Of a stretch of 64,000 nt of DNA, positions 1-9,428 are shown piece by piece. Numbering within the stretch: the first letter of the stretch is position 1; every line of letters starts with the position of its first letter. The notes under the pieces are model-generated. The model saw only the letters and a program-made list of their open reading frames with translations. It did not search any database and had not been told where the DNA came from. The stretch is taken from positions 64,001-128,000 of the forward strand of contig RDOB01000005.1 in the NCBI GenBank assembly GCA_011364965.1, in the 5' to 3' direction. The stretch is from Candidatus Heimdallarchaeota archaeon. Its GTDB lineage: Archaea; Asgardarchaeota; Heimdallarchaeia; Hodarchaeales; Hodarchaeaceae. The translations under genes were made by a program, and so were the position numbers.

Positions 1-468
1 ACTATTGACCAAAAATTTCTAGATTATTGGACTCAGGTTTTAGAAACTAGTTTAGGAGGAGTAGATTTCATTCATGGGGATTCTCATCTTTCTAATATCT
101 TGGTTTCTCCCATGCGAATAGCTTGGATTGATGCAATGATGTTACCCAGATTAGATAGGATGGATGATATTGGATACATACTCAGCCATGCAATTCAGGA
201 ATTTGTAGCTATAAACATCAATTACAGATATGATGAAACCGATTTTCTCAATACTATAACTCGGTCGTGGGTTCCTCTTATTCTTACCACATACAAAAAT
301 ACATATGATATTTCTCAACTGTACACTCGCTTGCCTCTAGATTTCTTCATAGGAACCCATTTGATAATTAGAGCGGAATTATGGGAATTAGAAATTGCAA
401 AAGCATTAAAAAGATTAGGTCAAAGATTTATTTATGAAATGCCAATATCAAATCTAATACAAAGTTGA
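1..468 (+). CDS. Phosphotransferase, APH/choline-kinase-like (5' partial)
   Basis: Frame 1 is open from base 1 (TIDQKFLDYW...). It has the catalytic-loop motif HGDSHLSN followed by AWID, upstream of the listed start at 100. Confidence 0.7.
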   Translation, partial: TIDQKFLDYWTQVLETSLGGVDFIHGDSHLSNILVSPMRIAWIDAMMLPRLDRMDDIGYILSHAIQEFVAININYRYDETDFLNTITRSWVPLILTTYKNTYDISQLYTRLPLDFFIGTHLIIRAELWELEIAKALKRLGQRFIYEMPISNLIQS

Positions 469-474
469 AATTTG

Positions 475-1464
475 CTAGTTCTTGAAAATCGTACCAAGAG
501 CGAAAGCAGCTGCTTGGGATGCACGTAATGGTTCTGATGATTTATTTCCGATTCTGAAGATGGGAATTTTTTCACGAATACTTAATGGTAATCCAGTTTC
601 CTCATTCCCGAAAATGAAATAGAGATTCTGATTAGTTTTTAATGCCTTTTTTCTTAAGAAATAATCCTTTTCAAGCTCTTCAGTAGTTTTATTACCCCAA
701 AGGGAAAATCCAAAACAATTTTCCAATTCTTTTTCAATATGATCCTCAATAGATGGAATAATACGGTAATTTACTTTCGAAATCCCTTTAAAGTATGTTT
801 TTTCCACTTGATCAACTAGATTTTTTACACGATGATTTTCATCGGAGAATAAAATAGTTGTATTGAATACTAATCCCAATCGGAAAAAATCCGCTATTTC
901 TTGAAGTGTAAAAGGAGAAAAGAGAACGAGGATTGGAACTTTTCCTAATTTTTCGTCTTGAATCATTTTAGGATGCTTTCTACCTAAACGGACGTATATT
1001 TTGCTGTTTTCACCCTGTCTAATTTCTATATAAAGAATGAAATCATTATCCTCTAAAACCTGAATTTTATTTCGTTGTAAACGGTCAATCACGGCCTTTC
1101 TATGTATGGGAATCTTACCAATTCTACGAAAATCAAGTGCACATCGCTCAGTTGAGTTATTCATTCTTAGATACCTAACAATCTCCTTTATAAGTGCTGA
1201 AAAAGATGATGATTCCCAATCGAAGAGACCATTTTCAAATGAAATTACAGAAATCACAGCAGGATGAGACAAAACTCGTTCAAGTAATTTTGAAGTCTGG
1301 GGTTTTTCTAATTTAATAAGAAAGCGATTCTTAGCTCTCCAATTATCAGTAAGTACTTTATTTTCGATAGAATATTTAATAAGGTTCTTATTAAAGATTT
1401 CTCTGACTTTTTCTTGTTCTTTGGGTGTGATAAACCTTGCTAGTTTAACCAAAAGGATTTGCAT
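475..1464 (-). CDS. SPOUT-family RNA methyltransferase with probable N-terminal THUMP-like domain
   Basis: C-terminal SPOUT knot motifs FIFGNEETGL and EPLRASQAAAFAL; basic alpha/beta N-terminal half. Confidence 0.7.
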   Translation of the reverse strand: MQILLVKLARFITPKEQEKVREIFNKNLIKYSIENKVLTDNWRAKNRFLIKLEKPQTSKLLERVLSHPAVISVISFENGLFDWESSSFSALIKEIVRYLRMNNSTERCALDFRRIGKIPIHRKAVIDRLQRNKIQVLEDNDFILYIEIRQGENSKIYVRLGRKHPKMIQDEKLGKVPILVLFSPFTLQEIADFFRLGLVFNTTILFSDENHRVKNLVDQVEKTYFKGISKVNYRIIPSIEDHIEKELENCFGFSLWGNKTTEELEKDYFLRKKALKTNQNLYFIFGNEETGLPLSIREKIPIFRIGNKSSEPLRASQAAAFALGTIFKN

Positions 1465-1661
1465 TGTGTTTCATACTACTTACTTCTCACATACATTAAT
1501 ACTCCATATTTAAAAATATGTTAGTGAAATTGTCTGTTAATTCTGTAAAAATTCATTTGGAGGTTTCCTGGGCCTTCGATTGCGTTATATTCATCTATAA
1601 TAGTCCCTCAAAAACAGGAAATCACTTAATTACATCAAACGCACTTCACGGGGTTATTCCA

Positions 1662-2153
1662 TTGGATGTTACAAGCGAACTGCATCGATTGATACTCAAA
1701 ACGGTAAAAACGACCCCTGGTATTAGACAAATGATTCTTTCTGATACCACAGGTTTAATACTTACTACAATATCGAAGGAACGACCTAAGGGTGAAGAAG
1801 CATTCGTTGATTTTGAGGGAGTAGCTGCAATATCTAGTGCAATGTATTTGGGACTAGGGTCAAAGGAATTAGATTTAGGAGACCTTGGTTTTTCAATAAC
1901 AGAATTTAGCTATGGGAGACTTTTCTTGTTAGGAATCAGCAAGGATTATGTTTTATCATGTATAACCAATTCTGATGCTTCACCTCAAAGTATAAAAGTA
2001 TCTATGAGGGCATTGAGTAGATCTTTGTCAGAAAAGCTTGATTTATTGAAAGCATCAAAGAGAATAAAGCAACACGAAGATGAATTTTTTGAGAAAGCAA
2101 AAATCCTTTCTGATGAAGAATTTAATAAATTATTGGATGATTTTTCTTTTTAA
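1662..2153 (+). CDS. Roadblock/LC7 (MglB-like) domain protein
   Basis: PGIRQMILSDTTGLILT...VAAISSAM...LGDLGFSITEFSYGRLFL roadblock pattern. The in-frame TTG at 1662 after GGGGT is a more likely start than 1518. Confidence 0.8.
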   Translation: MDVTSELHRLILKTVKTTPGIRQMILSDTTGLILTTISKERPKGEEAFVDFEGVAAISSAMYLGLGSKELDLGDLGFSITEFSYGRLFLLGISKDYVLSCITNSDASPQSIKVSMRALSRSLSEKLDLLKASKRIKQHEDEFFEKAKILSDEEFNKLLDDFSF

Positions 2154-2185
2154 ACAAGTGAAAAAGTACGAATTATCCTTTTCTG

Positions 2186-3280
2186 GTGTTTTCAAGGTGT
2201 TTAATTGTGAAACTTAACATCAATGGTCAAATTATAGATAAACATGCTGTATGGTGGGATGAAGAAATAAATAAGGTGAAATTGATAGATCAAACGAAGA
2301 TCCCTTTCGTCGTTGAAATCCTAACGTGCAATACATATCGTGATACTGCTGATGCAATAAAAAATATGAATATTCGTGGAGCTCCTGCCATAGGTGCAGC
2401 AGCTGCATATGGATTTGTCCAAGCTATTTGGGAATTCTGGGGCGATAAGGATTATGAATCCAAATTAAAATACGCTTATAAGACCTTACTTGCCGCAAGA
2501 CCGACCGCGATTGATTTAAAAAATGGATTAGACTATATTCAATCTTTTTTTCCTATTGATCCAGAAAATGCTTTAAAAAAGGCCAAACGATTAGCAGATG
2601 AAATTGCTGCAGAGGGGAAAAAAATTGGACAGATCGGGAAAGAATTAATACATGATGAAATGAATATTCTTACACACTGTCATACTGGAGCTTTAGCTCT
2701 TGTTGATTTTGGTAGTGCAATTGCCCCTATAATAGCAGCATGGGAAGATGGAAAACAGTTTCATGTTTATGTGGATGAAACGCGACCTAGAATCCAAGGA
2801 CGAATGACAGCATGGGAATTATACCAATATAAAATAAACCATACCGTAATTTGTGACTCGGTAAGCGGGTACTTGATGTCTAAAGGTAAAATAGACATGG
2901 TTATTTTGGGAGCTGATCGGGTAGTTCAAAATGGTGATATTGCTAATAAAATTGGTACTTACAACATAGCAGTTTTAGCAAAGCATCATCAGGTTCCTTT
3001 TTATACTGCTTTCCCGAAATCCACATATGATCCTAGAACAAAGTCTGGAAAAGATATAAAAATAGAAACTAGAAGTAATGAAGAGATAACTCATGTAATT
3101 GGTTACTCTAGTGAAGAAAAAAGATTAACAAGAATAGAATTATACGGTTCTGGGTCTAAATTTTATAATCCAGCCTTTGATGTAACTCCTGCTGATTTGA
3201 TTACTGGTTACATCACTCCTTACGGAATATTAACTTCTAGTCAAGAACTGAAAACCTTTTTTCAACCAAGGACCGAATAA
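2186..3280 (+). CDS. mtnA: S-methyl-5-thioribose-1-phosphate isomerase (eIF2B alpha/beta/delta family)
   Basis: IDQTKIP, IRGAPAIG, ARPTA, LTHCHTGALA, DETRPRIQG, GADRV, NKIGTY, NPAFDVTP. Confidence 0.9.
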   Translation: MFSRCLIVKLNINGQIIDKHAVWWDEEINKVKLIDQTKIPFVVEILTCNTYRDTADAIKNMNIRGAPAIGAAAAYGFVQAIWEFWGDKDYESKLKYAYKTLLAARPTAIDLKNGLDYIQSFFPIDPENALKKAKRLADEIAAEGKKIGQIGKELIHDEMNILTHCHTGALALVDFGSAIAPIIAAWEDGKQFHVYVDETRPRIQGRMTAWELYQYKINHTVICDSVSGYLMSKGKIDMVILGADRVVQNGDIANKIGTYNIAVLAKHHQVPFYTAFPKSTYDPRTKSGKDIKIETRSNEEITHVIGYSSEEKRLTRIELYGSGSKFYNPAFDVTPADLITGYITPYGILTSSQELKTFFQPRTE

Positions 3281-3392
3281 GAATTGCTGATAAATTAATT
3301 AGAATACTTTTAAATTGAGACCATAAAGACTAGTACCGTTATATTTTATCGATTCTTTAGTTCTAAGATGGTCTGTGAAGGATACTTGAGAA

Positions 3393-3701
3393 ATGAGAGA
3401 ACTAGTAAGCCAAATCCGTTCAATTGTCACATTTTGTGGTTATGAAGTAGAAACAATTAATTCTCACCCTAAATATATCGAAATGAATTTAAGATCCAAA
3501 AGTAGATTTAGAAAACGAAATTATCATCTTGCTTTATCAAAAAGCCTTACAGGAATATTAGCTGCAGAGAGAGAGATGAGTCGAACTTTTAAAAAGAATA
3601 TTATTATATACGATCCTACTAACAACCTACCTGCTCCTACGTTCAATAATGTCGAATTATTCCACGATTTAGATCTTCTACAGGAGTTCTTGTCCAATTA
3701 A
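3393..3701 (+). CDS. Hypothetical protein
   Basis: Clean 102-aa ORF between co-oriented genes; no recognised motif. Confidence 0.6.
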   Translation: MRELVSQIRSIVTFCGYEVETINSHPKYIEMNLRSKSRFRKRNYHLALSKSLTGILAAEREMSRTFKKNIIIYDPTNNLPAPTFNNVELFHDLDLLQEFLSN

Positions 3702-3753
3702 ATACTAATCTTAATAATCTAGGATTGACTCGTATTGGTTGATTAATATTTAA

Positions 3754-5184
3754 ATGAAATACGAGTGTTCTAAGATGGCAAAAAAACGGGGGAATCTACC
3801 TCTGGAATTCCCAGATCTAGGGGTTTCAGATAAAGGATATTCCATACTTATTAAAGGTCTACCAGGAACAGGCAAAACCAGTTTGGCCTTAGAATTAACG
3901 TCTCATCTACCAAATGCGTTTTTTATAAGTACTCGTATAAGCCCTGACGTAATAATAAATGATTCACCCTGGATCACTGATGAATTTCCTAAAAACCGCA
4001 AAAAACCATTTTTTGTTGATGCTACTGGGACAAGTTCAACATCATCGTCTCATTATGTTAATTTATCTTTCGAAACTATGCCAGAGTTTGTGCAACAACT
4101 ATTCGCTATTGGTAATGACTTCGAGAATAAAGTAATGATTATTGATAGCTGGAATGCATTGATCTCCAATTTAACAAAGAGTCAATCAAATCATTGGGAA
4201 TCAGCAATTGTACAACATTTCAGGTCTGAGAATTCCACTATCATATTTGTTATGGAAGGAGATCATGAATCGACGTTGGATTGGATTGTGGATGGAATAG
4301 TTGTTTTAAGTAAGAAATCTGTTGTTTCTCCAAATGGTATTCCTCGTAGGATTCGCGAATTGAGTTTTCATAAAATGAGAGGGATAGAAATAAGCAACGA
4401 AGCCTATTTAGCAACATTAAATCAAGGTAGAATGAAAACCTTCGATCCATTTAAGTATCGATTCCCTGCAATCATTCTGAAATCAAAAACAATTCCCGAT
4501 TCAGATGATGATCACATTTCTAGTGGTTCTTTAAGTTTTGATGAATTATTAGGAGGAGGTTTTCAGAAAGGGTCTTGGAATTTATTTGAAATTTCAACAA
4601 CAATTGGAGATGCTTTAGATATAATATATTATCCTCTTCTCACGAACCATCTTAACAACCGAAGACCAGCAATCATGATTTTTAGAGAAGGAGTTACAAT
4701 TGATTCCAAACGACAATTTCTAGATGTATTTACTGGTTCTGAAAAATGGATTGAGCAAACCATTAATTTTGAGAGATATGTTCCTGAAGATACAACTAAT
4801 AGATATGAGCTACCCGAGACAGTGGAAGAGTTAATTAACTTAATAGAGAGCTCGAGAAGTAAATTGCGATCTAAGTTTGGAGGACCGTTTTTGATTAGCT
4901 TGGGATTGGACGTTATTGAAAATAAGTATGGTATCCCGTCATTGAATAAACTTATTGCAATTATAGTCTCAAAAGCCCGCATTGAAGGAGATATTGTAGT
5001 TGGATGGCTCAAAGAACAACAAAATTTTCGTGGGGGTACAACAGCAGCAAATTCACATTGGAAAATTGATTTAATTGACCGGGCGCTGGTATTAGAAGGA
5101 GTGATACCCGCAACAGAATATTATGCCATTGAATCAATACTAGTGAAAGGATATATTGATTACCTTCTTATTCCTGTTATATAG
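3754..5184 (+). CDS. KaiC/RecA-superfamily ATPase, GvpD-like, with two domains
   Basis: Walker A GLPGTGKT and Walker B MIIDSW. The second repeat starts SSGSLSFDELLGGG but has no intact Walker A. Confidence 0.75.
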   Translation: MKYECSKMAKKRGNLPLEFPDLGVSDKGYSILIKGLPGTGKTSLALELTSHLPNAFFISTRISPDVIINDSPWITDEFPKNRKKPFFVDATGTSSTSSSHYVNLSFETMPEFVQQLFAIGNDFENKVMIIDSWNALISNLTKSQSNHWESAIVQHFRSENSTIIFVMEGDHESTLDWIVDGIVVLSKKSVVSPNGIPRRIRELSFHKMRGIEISNEAYLATLNQGRMKTFDPFKYRFPAIILKSKTIPDSDDDHISSGSLSFDELLGGGFQKGSWNLFEISTTIGDALDIIYYPLLTNHLNNRRPAIMIFREGVTIDSKRQFLDVFTGSEKWIEQTINFERYVPEDTTNRYELPETVEELINLIESSRSKLRSKFGGPFLISLGLDVIENKYGIPSLNKLIAIIVSKARIEGDIVVGWLKEQQNFRGGTTAANSHWKIDLIDRALVLEGVIPATEYYAIESILVKGYIDYLLIPVI

Positions 5185-5216
5185 CTTCTTATTGAAGAAT
5201 AACCGCTTATTTTCTG

Positions 5217-7406
5217 GTGAAGTTACATATGGTTACAGATAGAAACAAAGTTGACGAGCTATTTAATCAAATTAAATCAATGGACGATTCTGGTAAGTTT
5301 GATGAAGTTAATAAAAAAATAAGTAATTTAACCGAAGAATCTCGTCTTCTCCTTTTTCTGACGCTGGCAAATGAGCAAATAAACCTTTTAAATATATTTA
5401 ATCTTGAAACTGAACTCTGGAAACAAATTAAATTGCTATTCAAGGGAAGTTTCAAAGAATCACTAGATTTGACAATGAATTATAACCTCTCTTTATCAAT
5501 AGGAGAAGTAGCTTTAATCAATTCAATCATTGATCTCGAAGAATATCGTACATTAATACGATTTTTATACACTAGCACTTCTGAATCCGAGAAAATCATA
5601 ACGGCTTTAAACATTTCAATATTGCGGTATTTGAAAGCTCAGTCAATAGATAAAGAAATATTGTTCTTTTTTAGTCGAATGTTGAGATTTATTGGAATAC
5701 CTTTAGCCCAAGTTGAGGATATTAAGGATTTTCTCCAATCAAATTTTCTCGAAGCAAAAGTAAGTATAGCAAATTTCTTGGAGCTTCCTATTTCAACTGT
5801 ACAACGATATCCCCAGTATATTGAGGAAATGGGTGAAAATTTCAATTATGATAACATCGTACCTTCCTTAAAACAGTGGCTCGATAATTCTTCATTATCT
5901 CAAATTGAAACATCAAATTTTCTTCAATTGTCGGAATCTTTAAATTTCAGCAATGTAGACTCTCCTGAAGAATTATTAAGAAGGATGAAAAAAGAATTAG
6001 AAGAAAAGTGTTTGACAAGTCTCCCAATATCTTACCAAACAGTCATTAAACCATATATCCAAACTCTTATACCAAAACAAATTAAACAGAATGAATTAAG
6101 CTCAAACATTCCAAAAGAAATTCTACCCTCATATGTTGAAAAACTAGCTTACTCGTATTCTAGTTCTAAAGATCACGAAATAAAGGTATTTTTCTTAGGT
6201 GGAGCACAAATTGGTTCAACAGGAATCATTATCTCAACCCCAAATTCAAATATACTAATCGATTTTGGAATATCGGTTGCTAATTATCAACTACCTATTT
6301 GGAATGAGAGATTAAATCATTTAGATGCAATTTTAGTGTCTCACGCGCATTTAGACCATTCAGGTGGATTACCATATTTATATGCTCATGGTTACAACGG
6401 TTATGTTTTTGGAAGTGGAATAACAAAGACACTTATTGGTTTATTGATAAAAGATAACATGGAATTAATGAATAAGAATATAACTGAATCAATAAGAACT
6501 TCAGATCATCGATTCCGTTATCTTAGTCAATCCCGTTACTTTTATCAGATGCTGGAAAGCTATCTACCTATTTCTCAAAGTGTGGAGCTCCAAATTACTC
6601 CCGATATTGTAGTAAAAGCATTTAATGCTAATCATATACAAGGATCATTAAGTTATTTGATTGAAACTCACGGTAAAAGTATCTTCTTTAGCGGGGATGT
6701 TAATCTTGGATCATCAGTGTTATTTGGAAATAATAAACTTCATTTACCAACCGATTCTGATTTAACAATAATTGATTCAACATATTATGGACATAAACCA
6801 ATTAATTATTCTAAAAGGGATGAATTATTACAAAGAACCATAAGAGAAGAAAAAAGAGTCATTATCCCAGCATTCAGTGTCGGACGCGCTCAAGAGCTCA
6901 TGATCAAATTAGATGAAATGGGACTTACAAGTCAACGGAAAGTTTCAATGATAGGTATGGCTACTAAAGTAGCAAGAGCAACTGGACTTACCACCAAGGG
7001 CTTTTTAAGTGATTTTCTTGATTCAACATTTGAAGACGAGATCATCATTACTGGAGGAGGAATGTTAAATGGTGGATTTGCAAGAGAACTTGCTGAACAA
7101 ACTAAAGACGATCCTTCAACAGCAATTGTGCTTTGTGGGTATCTAGCCAAAACGACATTAGGTTATCGATTATTAAATAAGCTAGAACCTGAGTACAGGC
7201 AAAAAATCGTTTATACTCGATTTAGTGGCCATTCTTCACATGAGGAATTGTTTAATTATCTGAAGTCGGTATCTGGCCAGAAAGTTCTAGTACATATGGG
7301 TGAATTGACAAAAGGGCCTTTTGAAGAGGATAAAAAACTTCATTCCAAAGCTTTTAAGAATTCTCCAGGATATATTCCACCAATCGGATCATCTATAAGT
7401 ATTTAG
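5217..7406 (+). CDS. Metallo-beta-lactamase/beta-CASP ribonuclease with long N-terminal helical extension
   Basis: FLGGAQIG, LIDFG, SHAHLDHSG, ANHIQGS, FSGD, DSTY, PAFSVGRAQE and FSGHS motifs in the C-terminal ~410 aa. Confidence 0.85.
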   Translation: MKLHMVTDRNKVDELFNQIKSMDDSGKFDEVNKKISNLTEESRLLLFLTLANEQINLLNIFNLETELWKQIKLLFKGSFKESLDLTMNYNLSLSIGEVALINSIIDLEEYRTLIRFLYTSTSESEKIITALNISILRYLKAQSIDKEILFFFSRMLRFIGIPLAQVEDIKDFLQSNFLEAKVSIANFLELPISTVQRYPQYIEEMGENFNYDNIVPSLKQWLDNSSLSQIETSNFLQLSESLNFSNVDSPEELLRRMKKELEEKCLTSLPISYQTVIKPYIQTLIPKQIKQNELSSNIPKEILPSYVEKLAYSYSSSKDHEIKVFFLGGAQIGSTGIIISTPNSNILIDFGISVANYQLPIWNERLNHLDAILVSHAHLDHSGGLPYLYAHGYNGYVFGSGITKTLIGLLIKDNMELMNKNITESIRTSDHRFRYLSQSRYFYQMLESYLPISQSVELQITPDIVVKAFNANHIQGSLSYLIETHGKSIFFSGDVNLGSSVLFGNNKLHLPTDSDLTIIDSTYYGHKPINYSKRDELLQRTIREEKRVIIPAFSVGRAQELMIKLDEMGLTSQRKVSMIGMATKVARATGLTTKGFLSDFLDSTFEDEIIITGGGMLNGGFARELAEQTKDDPSTAIVLCGYLAKTTLGYRLLNKLEPEYRQKIVYTRFSGHSSHEELFNYLKSVSGQKVLVHMGELTKGPFEEDKKLHSKAFKNSPGYIPPIGSSISI

Positions 7407-7410
7407 TACA

Positions 7411-8292
7411 TTAGTAATAATGATGCTCTTTCCTATGTTTCAATGAATCGAAACTTTTTTTTGCTTCATCTAAGCTTTCTGGGTCTAATGCCATATGTAG
7501 AACCGATTCAGACTCATCTCCTTCAATAAGGATGTTACCACTTGGATCAATGATTCTTGAATAACCAAAAAATTTCGCTCCTCCCCCTGATTTGGGATCT
7601 TTTCCGACTCTATTTACTCCGCATATGTAAATTTGATTCTCTATTGCTCTTGCTTGTAATAAACACTTCCATGCTATCCTACGTGGGTCTGGAAATTCTG
7701 CTAAATAAAAGAGGATTTCTGCACCAGATTTAGCCAGAAGACGACTGATCTCAGGGAATCTTATATCAAAGCATATTAAAACTCCAATTTTCCCCCATTC
7801 TAATTCAAATATTGGTTTTTCAGATAAAAATCCTCCTTCAGTGAGTACTTTTGTTTCATCTAAAGGATTTAGAGGAAAAAGATGAATTTTCCTGTATTTT
7901 CCAATAAATTCCCCCTTACGGTTTATAATTACAGCAGTATTATAATAAAATCCAGTTTCGTGTTCGATATAGCTAGCAACCACCGCAGCGTCAAACTTTA
8001 TGGCCAATTTTTTGAGATAATCCGTTGTGAGTCCCTTTGGGATATTTTCTGCATGTTTTTTATGATTTTGGAGATCGTAGCCTGTTGAAAATAATTCTGG
8101 GAGTGCAATAACTCGAAAAACATCAGGATTTGCCTTTAAATTAGCTTCTGTTAATAAATTAACAACTTTCTGGTAATTCGCGGCCTTATTTCCAAATTTC
8201 ACAAACATTTGCACAAGAAAAACATCAAGAGATTTCATTTCTAATGCATTACTGAGTCTCTTCGATTGGACCCTTTCTTTTCTGGTATTCAT
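7411..8292 (-). CDS. Carbon-nitrogen hydrolase (nitrilase/omega-amidase family)
   Basis: Catalytic triad LPELF, YRKIHLF, ICFDIRFPE, plus ARAIENQ. The true start may be MKSL, 17 codons in. Confidence 0.9.
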   Translation of the reverse strand: MNTRKERVQSKRLSNALEMKSLDVFLVQMFVKFGNKAANYQKVVNLLTEANLKANPDVFRVIALPELFSTGYDLQNHKKHAENIPKGLTTDYLKKLAIKFDAAVVASYIEHETGFYYNTAVIINRKGEFIGKYRKIHLFPLNPLDETKVLTEGGFLSEKPIFELEWGKIGVLICFDIRFPEISRLLAKSGAEILFYLAEFPDPRRIAWKCLLQARAIENQIYICGVNRVGKDPKSGGGAKFFGYSRIIDPSGNILIEGDESESVLHMALDPESLDEAKKSFDSLKHRKEHHYY

Positions 8293-9139
8293 AAACTAGA
8301 TAAAAGATAACACCTGCTCCTGCAACTGAGGCCAGAATCTCCATCAATGCTTGTGATAAAGTTTCGTATACAAATTCGGCCTGAAAAACGAAGAGGAAAA
8401 AATCCCAAAAGCCATGGATAGAAATCGGCAAGATTAAATTATATTTTGTAATTTTGAAAGTATAAGAAAGGCTAAGTCCAATAGAGAAAGCACTAAAAAG
8501 GATAGCTACCATGCTAAATAGATTTCCTCCTGGAGCGAAAAGCGAAAAATGGAGCAATCCAAAGAGGAAAGCTGAGATGACCGCAGAAGTTTGAAATGAA
8601 TAAGAAGTTTGTAAAATTCTTTGTATATAACCTCGGAAGAGTAATTCTTCGCCCATTCCGATAGCTATTACTGTCACAAAGAGAGTTAGAACTATTCCGA
8701 TAAGGTCTAAAAGCCCTGAAAAAGTTACTATTCCGAACAATAATTCTAAAATTACTGTTGGTATTAAAGCTACGAAAGCAATGGGAATTCCGATTAAGAG
8801 CCATTCAATTCCCTTTTTTTCGTCCCATTCGAGGCCCACAGCTTTCATTTGCAAGCGATCGAACCTTAGAAAGAAATATACCAATCCCACTCCTACTACC
8901 CCATTCATAGCTCGGATGATATTGTTACTTAGGGTTTCAGGGAGAGATGTACCATTGAAAAATACGGTTTCTATTAATGGAAGAACAAATGATTGTAAAG
9001 AGAAGATCAAAACAGTGCAAATTGCAAAGAACAAGATTATACGTATCCATAAATCGCTTAATGCGTATTTTCTCATATTTACAGCCTCTGATTGTTGTTT
9101 GTAATGGTTTAATCGTGTTGACAGTGAGAACAAGTTCAT
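8249..9139 (-). CDS. CPBP family intramembrane metalloprotease (CAAX protease/Abi)
   Basis: EELLFRGY, FGLLH and HGFWD motifs; multiple transmembrane segments. Confidence 0.9.
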   Translation of the reverse strand: MNLFSLSTRLNHYKQQSEAVNMRKYALSDLWIRIILFFAICTVLIFSLQSFVLPLIETVFFNGTSLPETLSNNIIRAMNGVVGVGLVYFFLRFDRLQMKAVGLEWDEKKGIEWLLIGIPIAFVALIPTVILELLFGIVTFSGLLDLIGIVLTLFVTVIAIGMGEELLFRGYIQRILQTSYSFQTSAVISAFLFGLLHFSLFAPGGNLFSMVAILFSAFSIGLSLSYTFKITKYNLILPISIHGFWDFFLFVFQAEFVYETLSQALMEILASVAGAGVIFYLVYEYQKRKGPIEETQ

Positions 9140-9428
9140 TATGATGAATTCTGTTTCAAATTTGATAGCAACAGTGGATTGGAACTAGGAATATTAAAGG
9201 GTAACTAGGAAAACTCACAGCTTATATTAAACATTTCCTGTTTAATCAGCTGGATTTTTGACGATTTAGGAGTGTTTAGTATATTTCAAAAGGAAATCAA
9301 ACAAACATTCTGTGATTTTGATCCAAATTGGAATGAATGGACTTAGGGGTTAGATCTGAAGTGATTTTCACTGTCAGTTTCGATAGATTTTAAAAGAAGC
9401 AGAGTAATAGAGAATGTAGTGAAAGGTT

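Noticed and set aside
1561-1623. GGTTTCCTGGGCCTTC as a third copy of the leader
   Set aside because: Only a short resemblance to the 5' block, with no peptide ORF or 29-nt 3' block. A local TTTCCTG/CAGGAAA inverted repeat may be a 5' UTR hairpin.
3754-5184. Gas vesicle or circadian system
   Set aside because: GvpD/KaiC-like ATPases are widespread in archaea, and no gvpA or kaiB is nearby.
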